A DNA stretch of 64,000 bases from Squalus acanthias (taxonomy: Eukaryota). Both the position numbers and the translations under genes were made by a program. The DNA is taken from contig CM059431.1 in NCBI GenBank assembly GCA_030390025.1, positions 97,962,001 through 98,026,000 of the forward strand, written 5' to 3'. The notes beneath the pieces were generated by a model. That model was given only the letters and a program-made list of their open reading frames with translations, was not told the DNA's origin and made no database searches. This document shows, one piece after another, positions 26,980-41,900 of the stretch. Within the stretch, counting starts at the first letter, position 1. Every line of letters begins with the position of its first letter.

Positions 26980-29900
26980 CCCCGAGGGAGGGCAAAAAAG
27001 AGAGAATGGGAGAAAGAAAGAGCAAAATGAGAGAGAGAGCGCAAGAGAGGGAAAGACAGAGACAGAGAGAAAGAGAGAGAGAGAGAAGGAGGGAGAGAGA
27101 GGGAAAGAGAGAGAGAGAGAGACAGAGCAAGAGAGAGAAAGAGGAAGAGCAATAGAAAGAGGAAGACAGAAGGGTTGGTTTTTGTTTCACTACCTGCTCA
27201 ACTTCTCCTCATGACCAGGCGAGAAGTAATTAACTAAGAAATGAGCTTTGTCTTCCTGCTCGAAGGACATTTTAATGAATAAATTTCAAAGCCGACAGCA
27301 GAATGAAGGGGTTACAATCTACAATAGTTTGCCAGCTGACTCCGCAAAAGAATGATTAATGGAGGGAATTTCGTTCAAATATGTACTTGAGAACATTTGG
27401 GAAAATTCACAGGTGTCTCCGAACGTACCTCGATAGGAGGGGGTTTTGCCAGGGGGACCAGGGTGGCCGCGAGGCCCGTGGGGACCATAATCTCCCTGAT
27501 GTCCACGATCTCCTTCCAGACCCCGAAAACCCTTCGGACCTGAAGACAGCAAAAAATATATTCATGTTACAAAGAAAGAGGTTGGGATAGAACTTCCCCC
27601 TCACCAAATGAGTAGAAACCGACCCCGATATAGAACCCCCCGATATAGAAACCCCCCACCCGATATAGAAACACCCCCAGATATAGAAACCCCCGATATA
27701 GAAACCCCCCCGATATAGAAACACCCCCAGATATAGAAACACCCCGATATAGAAACCCCCCCGATATAGAAACACCCCCCGATATAGAAACCCCCCGATA
27801 TAGAAACCCCCCCGATATAGAAACACCCCCCGATATAGAAACACCCCGATATAGAAACACCCCCGATATAGAAACCCCCCCGATACAGAAACACCCCCCG
27901 ATATAGAAACACCCCCCGATATAGAACCCCCCCGATATAGAAACACCCCCGATATAGAAACCCCCCGATATAGAAACCCCCCCGATATAGAAACACCCCC
28001 CGATATAGAAACACCCCCCGATATAGAAACACCCCCGATATAGAAACACCCCCGATATAGAAACACCCCCGATATAGAAACACCCCCGATATAGAAACAC
28101 CCCCCGATATAGAAACACCCCCGATATAGAAACACCCCCGATATAGAAACACCCCCGATATAGAAACACCCCGATATAGAAACACCCCCCGATATAGAAA
28201 CACCCCCGATATAGAAACACCCCCGATATAGAAACACCCCCCGATATAGAAACACCCCCGATATAGAAACACCCCCGATATAGAAACACCCCCGATATAG
28301 AAACACCCCCCGATATAGAAACACCCCCGATATAGAAACACCCCCGATATAGAAACACCCCCGATATAGAAACACCCCCGATATAGAAACACCCCCCGAT
28401 ATAGAAACACCCCCGATATAGAAACACCCCCGATATAGAAACACCCCCGATATAGAAACACCCCCGATATAGAAACACCCCCCGATATAGAAACACCCCC
28501 CGATATAGAAACACCCCCGATATAGAAACACCCCCCGATATAGAAACACCCCCCGATATAGAAACACCCCCGATATAGAAACACCCCCGATATAGAAACA
28601 CCCCCCGATATAGAAACACCCCCGATATAGAAACACCCCCGATATAGAAACACCCCCGATATAGAAACACCCCCGATATAGAAACACCCCCCGATATAGA
28701 AACACCCCCGATATAGAAACACCCCCGATATAGAAACACCCCCGATATAGAAACACCCCCGATATAGAAACACCCCCGATATAGAAACACCCCCCGATAT
28801 AGAAACACCCCCGATATAGAAACACCCCCCGATATAGAAACACCCCCGATATAGAAACACCCCCGATATAGAAACACCCCCGATATAGAAACACCCCCGA
28901 TATAGAAACACCCCCGATATAGAAACACCCCCGATATAGAAACACCCCCGATATAGAAACACCCCCGATATAGAAACACCCCCGATATAGAAACACCCCC
29001 GATATAGAAACACCCCCGATATAGAAACACCCCCCGATATAGAAACACCCCCGATATAGAAACACCCCCGATATAGAAACACCCCCGATATAGAAACACC
29101 CCCGATATAGAAACACCCCCGATATAGAAACACCCCCGATATAGAAACACCCCCGATATAGAAACACCCCCCGATATAGAAACACCCCCGATATAGAAAC
29201 ACCCCCGATATAGAAACACCCCCGATATAGAAACACCCCCGATATAGAAACACCCCCGATATAGAAACACCCCCGATATAGAAACACCCCCGATATAGAA
29301 ACACCCCCCGATATAGAAACACCCCCGATATAGAAACACCCCCGATATAGAAACACCCCCGATATAGAAACACCCCCGATATAGAAACACCCCCGATATA
29401 GAAACACCCCCGATATAGAAACACCCCCGATATAGAAACACCCCCGATATAGAAACACCCCCGATATAGAAACACCCCCGATATAGAAACACCCCCGATA
29501 TAGAAACACCCCCCGATATAGAAACACCCCCGATATAGAAACACCCCCCGATATAGAAACACCCCCCGATATAGAAACACCCCCGATATAGAAACACCCC
29601 CGATATAGAAACACCCCCGATATAGAAACACCCCCCGATATAGAAACACCCCCGATATAGAAACACCCCCGATATAGAAACACCCCCGATATAGAAACAC
29701 CCCCCGATATAGAAACACCCCCCGATATAGAACCCCCCCGATATAGAAACACCCCGATATAGAAACACCCCCGATATAGAACACCCCCCGATATAGAAAC
29801 ACCCCCGATATAGAAACACCCCCCGATATAGAAACACCCCCCGATATAGAAACACCCCCCGATATAGAAACACCCCCCGATATAGAAACACCCCCGATAT

Positions 29901-32900
29901 AGAAACACCCCCCGATATAGAAACACCCCCGATATAGAAACACCCCCCGATATAGAAACACCCCCGATATAGAAACACCCCGATATAGAAACACCCCCCG
30001 ATATAGAAACACCCCCCGATATAGAAACACCCCGATATAGAACACCCCCCCGATATAGAAACACCCCCCGATATAGAAACACCCCCGATATAGAAACACC
30101 CCCGATATAGAAACACCCCGATATAGAAACACCCCCGATATAGAAAACCCCCCCGATATAGAAACACCCCCCGATATAGAACACACCCCGATATAGAAAC
30201 CCCCGATATAGAAACACCCCCGATATAGAATATAGAAACACCCCCGATATAGAAACACCCCCGATATAGAAACACCCCCGATATAGAAACACCCCCGATA
30301 TAGAAACACCCCCCGATATAGAAACACCCCCGATATAGAAACACCCCCGATATAGAAACACCCCCCGATATAGAAACACCCCCGATATAGAAACACCCCC
30401 GATATAGAAACACCCCCGATATAGAAACACCCCCCGATATAGAAACACCCCCGATATAGAAACACCCCCGATATAGAAACACCCCCGATATAGAAACACC
30501 CCCGATATAGAAACACCCCCGATATAGAAACACCCCCCGATATAGAAACACCCCCGATATAGAAACACCCCCGATATAGAAACACCCCCGATATAGAAAC
30601 ACCCCCGATATAGAAACACCCCCGATATAGAAACACCCCCGATATAGAAACACCCCCGATATAGAAACACCCCCCGATATAGAAACACCCCCGATATAGA
30701 AACACCCCCCGATATAGAAACACCCCCGATATAGAAACACCCCCGATATAGAAACACCCCCGATATAGAAACACCCCCGATATAGAAACACCCCCGATAT
30801 AGAAACACCCCCGATATAGAAACACCCCCGATATAGAAACACCCCCCGATATAGAAACACCCCCGATATAGAAACACCCCCGATATAGAAACACCCCCGA
30901 TATAGAAACACCCCCGATATAGAAACACCCCCGATATAGAAACACCCCCGATATAGAAACACCCCCGATATAGAAACACCCCCGATATAGAAACACCCCC
31001 CGATATAGAAACACCCCCGATATAGAAACACCCCCGATATAGAAACACCCCCGATATAGAAACACCCCCGATATAGAAACCCCCCACCGCCCCCCGCCGC
31101 CGATTCTCACTCGATTGGAATTGGGAATCAGGTGAGTTTTATAATTGGTGACGATTAACTCCATGAGGTCACTGATCAGCGTAGGCGAAATTTAGCTCCT
31201 TTTGTTTGCCGAGAATCTTTGTTGTGTCACTACTGTGGATCAGCAGCTCTCTGATGGGCCATATTTACCGTATATTCCAGTCAGTACGGTAGCAAACGTT
31301 TGTATGACCACCCGCTGTGATAGTGATGGCCATGTGGAACCCTCGTTATCAGACACACAGCCCGGCTGGGGCCCTGGCAATGAATGCAGCCTAGAAACTG
31401 AATTCTGGGGGCATTTCCCTGGTGGCTTTAAACGCCTGTTTATGTTTGACAGCTCTGTAGCCAGTTCTCCATATAGGCATTACACGCTTTTCCCAGTTCG
31501 CTGTTCGGATGAACTATCAGTGGGTTGAGACGATCAGAGGACTGTAGGAGTGTCCTTCTCACATAAAACTGTTTGATTGAGGATATACATCGTTAATAGT
31601 AGAGCAGAGAACTGCAAACATTTTTACTTTAATTACTTTAGGAGATGATGCAAAGTATTATAATCTAGCAAAGTCTGCTGTGCTAGCTTTTGCTTCTGTT
31701 TATATTACTTCTTAATAAACCTGATTGATAGATACTAGCCTGAGATGTATGATGTGCCAGTGTGATGTGCCTATCGATTGGAGAGACCAGGATCATACAA
31801 GACATCTCCTACTGGTTGCAGCTTGTTTATCACCATAGTTCACCCCAGACATGCTGCATACAAGAGAAAGCTTCACTTCATCGGAATCAAAGGTTTTCTC
31901 TCTACGTGAACAGCTTTTTGAAATGGGCACAAAGGGTAGCGGAAATCTGGAACTCTCTCTGGCTGTGGATGCTAGGGGGTCAATTGGAGCTTTCAGGACT
32001 GAGATCGTTAGATTTTTGTTGGGGAAGAGTATCAAGGGATATAGAGCAAAGAGCTAAGATGCAGATCAGCCATGATCTAACTGAATGGCGGAACAGGCTC
32101 GAGGGGCTGAATGGCCCCCTCCTGTTCCTGTGTGTAAATCGGGCGGCTGATTTGCTATTGCCCGGTTTGCGCTGTCTCCGAAGACCGATTTCAACCCTCG
32201 TTATTTTTTGAGCTCCTTTCTCCATCTGTGGAAAGTCAACATACCTTTGGGGACTGATCCGGAATAAGTGATGGACCTGCCAGGGAGGCCCTGGTCACCT
32301 CGATCACCCTGTGAAGGGAGGGAGGGCAAGACATCAGGGAAGATTGTTAGAGAACATCCTGCCTGCAAAAACCTCCAGCACATTTCACTGCATTTCTTCA
32401 GAATTGTCATCACACAAAAACCAAGGAAAATGGAGTCAATATTGGTCTTCGCCCCCTGGGCAGGATTCTGTCGGAGCGGATCGCTCGCTCGTTATAGAAC
32501 ACACCCGACATTCGTTCTATTGAAATCCATGGAATGAAAATAACGATGTGCGGTTGATCCACTCTGACAGATCTCCTCCCAGATGATGAAGGCGAATATT
32601 TATCCCAAGGGATCATCTATTACTCTAGTGGGTTCAGCAAAATCTACCAAAGCTTCTGTTTGAAAAGGGGCAGGGAAATGGGCTGAGAAGTAGATGGCTC
32701 CAGGTCAAGAGCCAGTGCGGCTCCAGGCAGCCCGTGTGCTGCAATGCCTCTGATCATACACTTCCCAACTTACGTAGAGCTGCGATTTGAGCGCGGAGGA
32801 GAGGGTGCCCAGTCTCCGCTCGTTTCCTGCTCTGTATCGCACAAGGCAAAGAATAGAATTGAAGGCTGGGAGAAGGGAAGTGGGGAGGGTATCAGGCGTG

Positions 32901-35900
32901 CAGTCTAGCCTGGGCAGTAAGCAATGGCTCCAAGAGCCTGGCCCAGGGGTGAAGGATTGGCGGTAGCGTGTGCGATGATCGCGATTCTGCCGCTGTCAGG
33001 CAAATCAGATGGAAGGACAGGGCTGAGTGTGACTTTGGAAGAATTGCCAATCAAAAAGACAATTCGAAAATGCAAATTCAAAATTCTGATCCAATTCTGT
33101 CAATATTATGCGGCGCGAACTAACCAATCCAAGCCACTGACTAACTTAAACTAACTTCAGAAGTCTAATCTCGTGTGTGTAGAAATCGGGCGAACTGTTG
33201 ATGAGATGTGGTGTGGGACAAAGGCTTGTGTCAAGACAGAACGATTATTAAAAGAAAATCAGAGTAAGTCTGTGATTGGAAAGGCTTTGAAATAATAAAA
33301 CACAAGTTCAGTTTTTGTGGATCAATGGTCATCTCTCTGCTGGTTATAGTTAGGAAAGTTTTGAGCCGTTTTGCATGTAGAATGTTGACAGACTGAAACC
33401 ATGAAACAGTGGGATGGGGACGGTGGTGATGGTGGGTGGGGTGGGGGTGGGGGTGGGGGGGACGGTGATGGTGGGGGTGGGGTGGGGGGGGGACAGTAAT
33501 GGTGGGGGTGGGGGGGACGGTGATGGTGGGGGTGGGGTGGGGGGGACAGTGATGGTGGGGGTGAGGTGGGGGTTGGGGGGATGGGGTGGGGGGTTGGGCT
33601 GGGGGTGAGGGGTGGGGGGGGACGGTGATGGTGGGGGGGTGGGGGTGGGGTGGACGGTGATGGTGGGGGTGGGGTGGGGGGGACGGTGATGGTGGGGGGT
33701 GAGTCGGTTTGCGTTGCGTCCGTTTCTCGGGCGGAACATGTACCAGTTTCTGGGCGTCAGGTCTCGTGACATGACTGCGCCACATTGGTCCTCGCTGTTT
33801 TTAGGTATCCCTGTCGGCTGCCTGAGGAAGCGGTGGCCCAATTTAAGTCCGCAATGAAGGCATCTGCAACTATTTCAGGATCCTTCTACAAAATGTGTTA
33901 TAAACTAGGTGAGTGTTTGCCGTGCAAACTCCAACTAGTTTTTCCACCAGTGCTGCATGGGGGTGTCCAATATGCGCACCCACCTCACCGCTATTATCAC
34001 TGTGAGGCTCGAGGGCTTATTCCCCGCTCTTCCGTCTTCGAGGATGGTGATCATTCCCTGCGCAATTCGGCCGGACCCTATTTCTATCCCAGTGACTGTA
34101 GAGAGTGTCAGGCAGGTAGAGTGAGAGAGAAAGAGAGGGTGGGGGAGAAGAGAGAGAGAGAGAGAGAGAGACAGAGGTAGAAAAAGGGAAGAAAGAGAGG
34201 GTGGGGAGAGAGAGAGAGAGATGGAGAGAGAGGGGCAAAGAGAGGTAGGGAAGAAAGGGAGCGAGAAAGTGAAAGAAGAAAACAGGGAGGGGTTGAGAAA
34301 GAGAGAGGGAGGGAAAGAGTGGAAGGGGAGAGAGAAAGAAAGAAAGAAATAGAGGCCATAAAGCGAATGAAGACAGGCTGCCATGTGAACCTTGGAAAAC
34401 AGTTCCGCTACAGATAGATGAGAAGAAAGAAAAGAAGAGAATGAACGTGCATTTCTGTAGCGTCTTTCACGACCTCAGGATGTCCCAAAGTGCTTCACAC
34501 CCAAGGACATACTTTTGAAGTGTAGTCACTGTTGTAATGTAGGAAACACGGCAGTCAATTTGCACACAGCAAGCTCCCACAAACAGCAATGTGATAATGA
34601 CCAGATAATCTGTTTTTAGTGATGTTGGTTGAGGGGTGAACTTTGACCCAGTACAACAAGTTTGAAATAAACAACTAGAATGATGTGATAATGCAGATTT
34701 CATTTGATTATCAGAAACGGAAATTCATGCAAATTACCTTCATTCCTAGGCGACCATCGACCCCTGGGAGACCACGGATACCTGGGAGACCCTGGATATG
34801 ACAAAAATAGTCACAAGATGTCAGGAATATGTAGAGTTTTATGAAACTCCGCCAAGTGAACAACTCATGGCAATTTAAAAAGTAGAATTGTCCCATTTGT
34901 TGCCTTAATATCCTCTACCCTTGGGGAGATTCCCTCCATGTGCTTAGTGTAAACCCTTTCTTTGAAACTGGACAGGGGCAGAAGCCAGGGATTCCCTGAG
35001 CCAGATGTTCTGGGCAGGGGCAAGGACTTCCAGATGTTCTAGATGGGGACAAGGGGCAACGACTCCCTGAGCCAGATGTTCTAGACCGGGGCAGGGATTC
35101 CCTGAGCCAGATGTTCTGGACAGGGGCAAAGGGCAGGGACTCCCTGAGCCAGATGTTCTAGACGGGGCAGGGACTCCCTAAGCCAGATGTTCTGGACAGG
35201 GGCAAGGGGCAGGGACTCCCTGAGCCAGATGTTCTGGACAGGGGCAAGGGGCAGGGACTCCCTGAGCCAGATGTTCTGGACAGAGGCAGGGTCTCTCTGA
35301 GCCAGATGTTCTGGACAGAGGCAGGGACTCCCTGAGCCAGATGTACTCACTCCTGAGCTTCAGTCGGGACCCGGAGCAGTACTGGAGGCCGGTACACTGA
35401 GTGAGCTGAGGGATATCATCCTCCACAAAGATTCTTTCTTTCCACATCTTTTTGGAGATCGCTGAGATCACAAGCAGGAATCTGGTCAACTCTCCCCCTC
35501 AAAGGGTGAAGCAATGGGGGGAGTGTTTTGCAGGAACTTTGCCCCCTATGCTAATAAGCTGTCCATTCACTGACCCCACAAACTCCAGCAGGGTCACCAT
35601 GGAGGCTACCAGCAGGTGGGGGTCTGTCTTAACACCCCCTAACCCATCTCCCCCAAAATACCACCCAGAGACCGGGCAGTAAGAAAGGGGCACTTATCAG
35701 AATGAGAGTAACACAGGCAGCAATTGTATTCTAGCTCTGTGGGGGTCAGTGTGTTCTGGGCCCTTTCCTGCCTCTGGTAGTTAGGCGTCCGTCTTTTCAA
35801 GCACTCTCACAGGCGAGTCTTTGCTCCCGATGGTCTCGAGAGTCTCTTCACTGATCCTGACATCTAAGTAAGTTTCTACTGGTCTGCCCAGGATAACCTT

Positions 35901-38900
35901 CCTGTTAATTACTTCAGCTTCAGGATCTATCCTGCTCCTCCACAGGAAATTATTTTCTGCCTTTGAAAAGCAACATCGGACCTTGTTTTAGGTTTTTAAC
36001 AATCACGTGAATTTATTGAACAAAAGATAAGCATTGCCGTGAAGAGATGGCTAGAGCGAATAGGGCGTTGGGGTGCATTCCTTAGACAATTGACCAAAAG
36101 ACAAAACACACTATTTTGTCCTTGTACAAGACTTTGGTCAGGTCACACTTGGAATACTGTGTCCAGTCTTGGTCTCCTCACAGGGTGGGCGATATTGAGG
36201 CTTTGGAAAGGGTACAGGGGAGGAGCCAATAGACTGATTCCCCGTCTAAAGCATCTTAGTTATCAAGATAGGTTAAAATAGTTGGGACTCTACACTTTAG
36301 AGAAGCGTAGACTTAGGGGTGATCTGATCGAGGTTTAAAAGATAATGAAGGGAATAGATTATGTTCCAGTTGACAGTGTTTTCCAATTAAATAGCTTAGA
36401 CAGGACCAGGGGTCACAAATTTAAGTTGTGTAAGGCCAGATCTAGGTTAGATGTCAGGAGGTGGTTCTTCTCCCAGAGAATCGTGGACCTCTGACACAGG
36501 CTGCCGACTCGTGCGGTGGATGCCGATTCGCTGAAATCCTTCAAGCGAGAGCTGGACCTGTTTCTGGCTGGGGCGGAGATCACCTCTTACAGAAGGTGGG
36601 TACTGCTGGGAATTCAGGGCCAGAGTGATCGCCTGGACTAGTTTCCATCGCCTAGATGGGTCGGGGAGGAATTTCACAGATTTTTTTTCCCCAAATTGGC
36701 CCGGGTTTTTAATCTGTTTTTTTGCCCCTCCCAGGAGATCACATGGTTTGGGGTGGGGTGGAGAGTATATATATTGTGATACACAAGGTATCACGGCTGT
36801 GAGAGACAGGCTGGGTGGACCAAAGGGTCTTTACCCGTAGATAATTTTTTTCTTGCAATCTTTTCTGACTGTGTGCGCCAGATCAGCCAATCTATCGATC
36901 ACTGAAGGTTCCAACCAACTTAGGAACATAGGAACAGGAGTAGGCCATTCAGCCCCTCAAGCCTGTTCCGCCATTCAATGAGATCATGGCTGATCTGGGA
37001 CCTAACTCCATCCACCCGCCTTTGGCCTATATACCTTAATAACTTTGGTTAACAAAAATCTATCAATCTCAGATTTAAAATTAACAATTGATCTAGCATC
37101 AATTGCCATTTGCGGAAGAGAGTTCCAAACTTCTACCACCCTTTGTGTGTAGAAGTGTTTCCTAATTTCACTCCTGAAAGGTCTGGCTCTAATATTTAGA
37201 CTATGCCCCCTAGTCCTAGAATCCCCAACCAGTGGAAATAGTTTCTCTCTATCGACCCTATCTGTTCCCCTTAATATCCTGAAAACTTCAATCAGATCAC
37301 CCCTTAACCTTCTAAATTCTAGGGAATACAACCTTAATTTGTGTAATCTCTCCTCGTAACTTAACCGTTGAAGTCCAGGTATCATTCTGGTAAACCTACG
37401 CTGCACTCCCTCCAAGGCCAATATATCCTTCCTAAGGTGTGGTGCCCAGAACTGCTCACAGTACTCCAGGTGTGGTCTAACCAGGGCTTTGTATAGCTGC
37501 AGCATAACTTCTACCCCCTTGTATTCTAGTCCTCTAGATATAAAGGCCAGCATTCCATTAGCCTTTTTGATTATTTTCTGTACCTGTTCATGACATTTTA
37601 ATGATCTATGTACCTGGACCCCCAAGTCTCTTTGGACCTCCACTGTTTTTAGCCTTTCACCATTTAGAAAGTACCCTGTTCTATCCTTTTTAGGTCACAA
37701 GTGGATGACCTCACACTTACCTACATTGAAATCCATTTGCCACAGTTTTGCCCATTCACTTAATCTGTCGATATCCCTTTGTAATTTTATGCTTCCATCT
37801 ACACTGCCTACAATGCCGCCTATCTTTGTGTCATCGGCAAATTTGGATATATGACTTTCTATGCCATCATCTAAGTCGTTAATAAATATGTGAATAGTTG
37901 AGGCCCCAATACAGATCCCTGCCAAGTTGAGTACCTACTGCAACAAGAGTTAAAGATACTCCTCCCCCCAAACTGAAACAAGACACAAACACAGGCATCA
38001 CCGTGAGGAAGAGGCTGGAAGTGAACGTGTCAAAACTCAATGGGTTATCCACATAGATTTTATACTCACTGTGGCTCCGTCTGAACCTGGGGGTCCATCC
38101 AAACCACTCGAACCCTAGAATCACAGAGAGGTAATTTTAAGGCGAAATTCAGTAACAATCATACAATTTTGGAAAAAGTATTCCTGTACAGGATAATGCC
38201 TTACCCTTGATCCCGGAAGCCCCATTATTCCCTCTTCTCCTTTCTCTCCTTGTGGTCCGGGAACTCCCTAAACAAAACATTGATCACAAATATAATTATT
38301 GCATGACGTTCAGAGGAAGGTCTGAATGACCCCTAATCCTCTTCCTTCATTGTAATCTCCGCTTTGCAAAGTTAACGAGCAAGTGCTGACATTGAAAGTG
38401 TTCCGAGCTGGAAGAAAACAAATCCAAAGAATGACGTTGAACAATCTGAGCATCTGAACTGAACTCAGATCCTGGTTGTTTAAACTCACCGGTTTCCCAG
38501 GGTGTCCTACTTCTCCCTCAAATCCTTCATTTCCTCTTTCACCCTGAAGAAAGAATGAAAGAAAATGATAAATATCAACAATAAATGTATGCCAATAACC
38601 TTGTAGCGATCAACATATATCCATAAACTGGTTCATCTCCAGAGGCATTGCACGGCAGGGAGTCTACACCAAGTGCGGTCCAGATGACATTGGGTTGGTG
38701 GATGGGATTACACAGGATATACGGCACAGAAACAAGGCATTCGGCCCAACCAGTCCATGCTGGCGTTTATGCTCCACTTGACACTCCTCCCATCTTTCCT
38801 CATCTAACTCTATCAGCATAACCCTCTATTCCCTTCTCCCTCATATGCTTGTCTAGCCTCCCCTTAAATGCATCTATACTATTCGCTTCAACCACTCCCT

Positions 38901-41900
38901 GTGGTAGCGAGTTCCACATTCTCACCACTCTCTGGGTAAAGAAATTTCTTCTGAATTCCCTATTGGATTTCTGGGTGACTATCTTATATTGATGGCCTCT
39001 AGTTATGCTCTTCCCCACAAGTGGAAACACTCTCTGTATAATTAAACCAGGGCGCTCAGATGTAGTTCAGGCCCCATTTTAAAGTCACACATTCTGTCCT
39101 TATTTTTATTTTTCCATTATAAATTCTTCTGTCAACATTTATAATGACTGTTTCCCGATTGAAACACTAATTGCACCTTCTCGTCAGAGTTAGAGCTGCA
39201 GCACCCCCACTGGCAGGAGTCTGCCATTACAGCGTAGGGCAAGCTCCATTTTAAAGGTTGACATAGGATTTATAATGGTAAAAATCTGCAGGAAGTGCAC
39301 AAAGATGTAAAAGTTTTAATATATTAAAGATATACACCATGAGCATATATTAATAAATATATAGACAGTAAATATGCACCATAAACATATGTTGAGGCTG
39401 CCGCGAAACACGAATTAAGGCTGAATCCATGTGTGGAAAACAAGAGACTTTTTTAATGCAACTGCATGGCACAAAATGGCTGAACAGACTGCTCCCAGAA
39501 TTCTCTGGAAAAACACTGAGGCCCCGCCCACTCCTGCCTTAAAGGGAAGGTGCTCGATATTTGTCCACGGACGGAAAAGTGGATAATGCCCGTTTAGGTG
39601 GCGATCCGCCACATATATATATATATATATAAAACCGATAAATATATACCAGCCAACATATACCAGTAAGCATACACCGATAAATAGGCATGAACTGAAT
39701 AACCTTACTTTAAATTCCACTTGTAGCACCAATTGTATTTTAACATGATTACACATAGTCATTGTCTCCAACAAGCGAGAGTCTAACCACCACCCCTTGA
39801 CATTCAACGGCACTACCATCGCTGAATCCCCCACCAACATCCTGGGGGGGTCACCATTGACCAGAATCTTAACTGAAACAGCCACATAGATGCCATGGCA
39901 ACAAGAGCAGGTCAGAGGCTGGGTATTCTGTGGCGAGTGACTCATCTTCTGACTCCCCAAAGCCTTTCCACCATCTACAAGGCACAAGTCAGGAGTGTGA
40001 TGGAATACTCTCCACTTGCCTGAATGAGTGCAACTCCAACAACACTCAAGAAGCTCGACACCATCCAGGACAAAGCAGCCCGCTTGATTGGCACCCCATC
40101 CATCACCTTAAATATTCACTCCCTCCACCACCAGCGTACTGTGGCTGCAGTGTGTACCATCTACAAGATGCACTGCAACAACTCGCCAAGGCTTCTTCGG
40201 CAGCACCTCCCAAACCCGCGACCTCTACCACCTAGAAGGAAAAGGGCAGCAGGTGCATGGGAACACCACCACCTCCAAGATCCCCTCCAAGTCACACACC
40301 ATCCTGACTTAGAAGTATATCGCCGATCTTTCATCGTCGCTGGGTCAAAATCCTGGAACTCCATTCCTAACAGCACTGTGGGTGTACCTTCACCACACGG
40401 ACTGCAGCGGTTCAAGAAGGCGGCTCACCACCACCTTCTCAAGGGCAATTAGGGATGGGCAATAAATGCTGGCCTTGCCAGTGACACCCACGAATAAAAA
40501 GATATATACATCACAGAGATTTCATTAGAAATGAAGAGATTTCACTTTAAGTACCAATTCAGAGTTTAAGAACAGGAATGCTAATATCATTGTTTTTTGG
40601 CTTCACAGAACATCCCTTTTCTTATATTTTTGTATCTATCGCCCATATCAGTGAAGAACGTCAGTGTTGGCAGTGGAACCCTTCTCATTTCTGGCGCCCA
40701 GTGTCAGCATCAGGCACTCGCAGCTTGGTTACAGTACAGCAGGACACGGAGTGAAGCTCCCTGTACTCTGACCCAGCAATGTGCCTCAGTGCCTCTTCAG
40801 ACAGAGTAAGACTGACATCGGACAGTTCCTGGATTTTCCACCATGACTGCTTGTTGGGAGGTAGCGTCAGGAGAAATTGGGAAGAATGGAATTCCCTGGC
40901 ATTGCCTCCCATGTGGACAAAATAGCCAGGACCTTACTGGAACAATGATAATTCAAAACTCCCACTAATGGGACAGTCAGCAACTCAACCCGCCCCTTAA
41001 CTGGCCTTTAAGCCGAGGGATAAATATTGGCCAGGACACTGGAGAGAATCCCCTGTTCTTCAAATAGTGCCATGGGATCTTTTACATCCACCTGAGAGGG
41101 CAGACGAGGTCTCGGCTTAACTATCCATCAGAAAGGTGGCATCTCCGACAGTGCAGCACTCCCTCAGTACTGCCCGTCTGACAGTGCAGCGCTCCCTCAG
41201 TGCTGCCCCTCCGACAGTGCAGCACTCCCTCAGTACTGCCCCTCCGACAGTGCAGCGCTCCCTCAGTACTGCCCCTCCGACAGTGCAGCACTCGCTCAGT
41301 GCTGCCCCTCCGACAGTGCAGCGCTCCCTCAGTGCTGCCCCTCCGACAGTGCAGCGCTCCCTTAGTGCTGCCCCTCCGACAGTGCAGCACTCCCTCAGTA
41401 CTGCCCCTCCGACAGTGCAGCGCTCCCTCAGTACTGCCCCTCCGACAGTGCGGCGCTCCCTCAGTACTGCCCCTCTGACAGTGCGGTGCTCCCTCAGTAC
41501 TGTCCCTCCGACAGCGCAGCGCTCCCTCAGTACTGCCCCTCCGACAGTGCAGCACTCCCTCAGTGCTGCCCCTCCGACAGTGCAGCGCTCCCTCAGTGCT
41601 GCCCCTCCGACAGTGCAGCGCTCCCTTAGTGCTGCCCCTCCGACAGTGCAGCACTCCCTCAGTACTGCCCCTCCGACAGTGCAGCGCTCCCTCAGTACTG
41701 CCCCTCCGACAGTGCGGCGCTCCCTCAGTACTGCCCCTCTGACAGTGCGGTGCTCCCTCAGTACTGTCCCTCCGACAGTGCAGCGCTCCCTCAGTACTGT
41801 CCCTCCGACAGTGCAGCGCTCCCTCAGTACTGCCCCTCCGACAGTGCAGCACTCCCTCAGTGCTGCCCCTCCGACAGTGCAGCGCTCCCTCAGTGCTGCC

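Noticed and set aside
27407..31164. Three overlapping ORFs of more than 1100 aa ([17 protein letters not shown])n
   Set aside because: Artefact of a stop-free 17/18-bp minisatellite open in all three frames.
35350..35489. Minus [12 protein letters not shown] with a gtgagt donor, possible exon or Tx1 remnant
   Set aside because: Similarity too weak, and the collagen exon series is already complete across this interval.
35781..35960. Short protein-like minus ORF ([27 protein letters not shown]...) and a plus-strand ag/gtaagt pair at 35813-35867
   Set aside because: No recognisable homology or partner exons; cannot be told from chance without RNA-seq.
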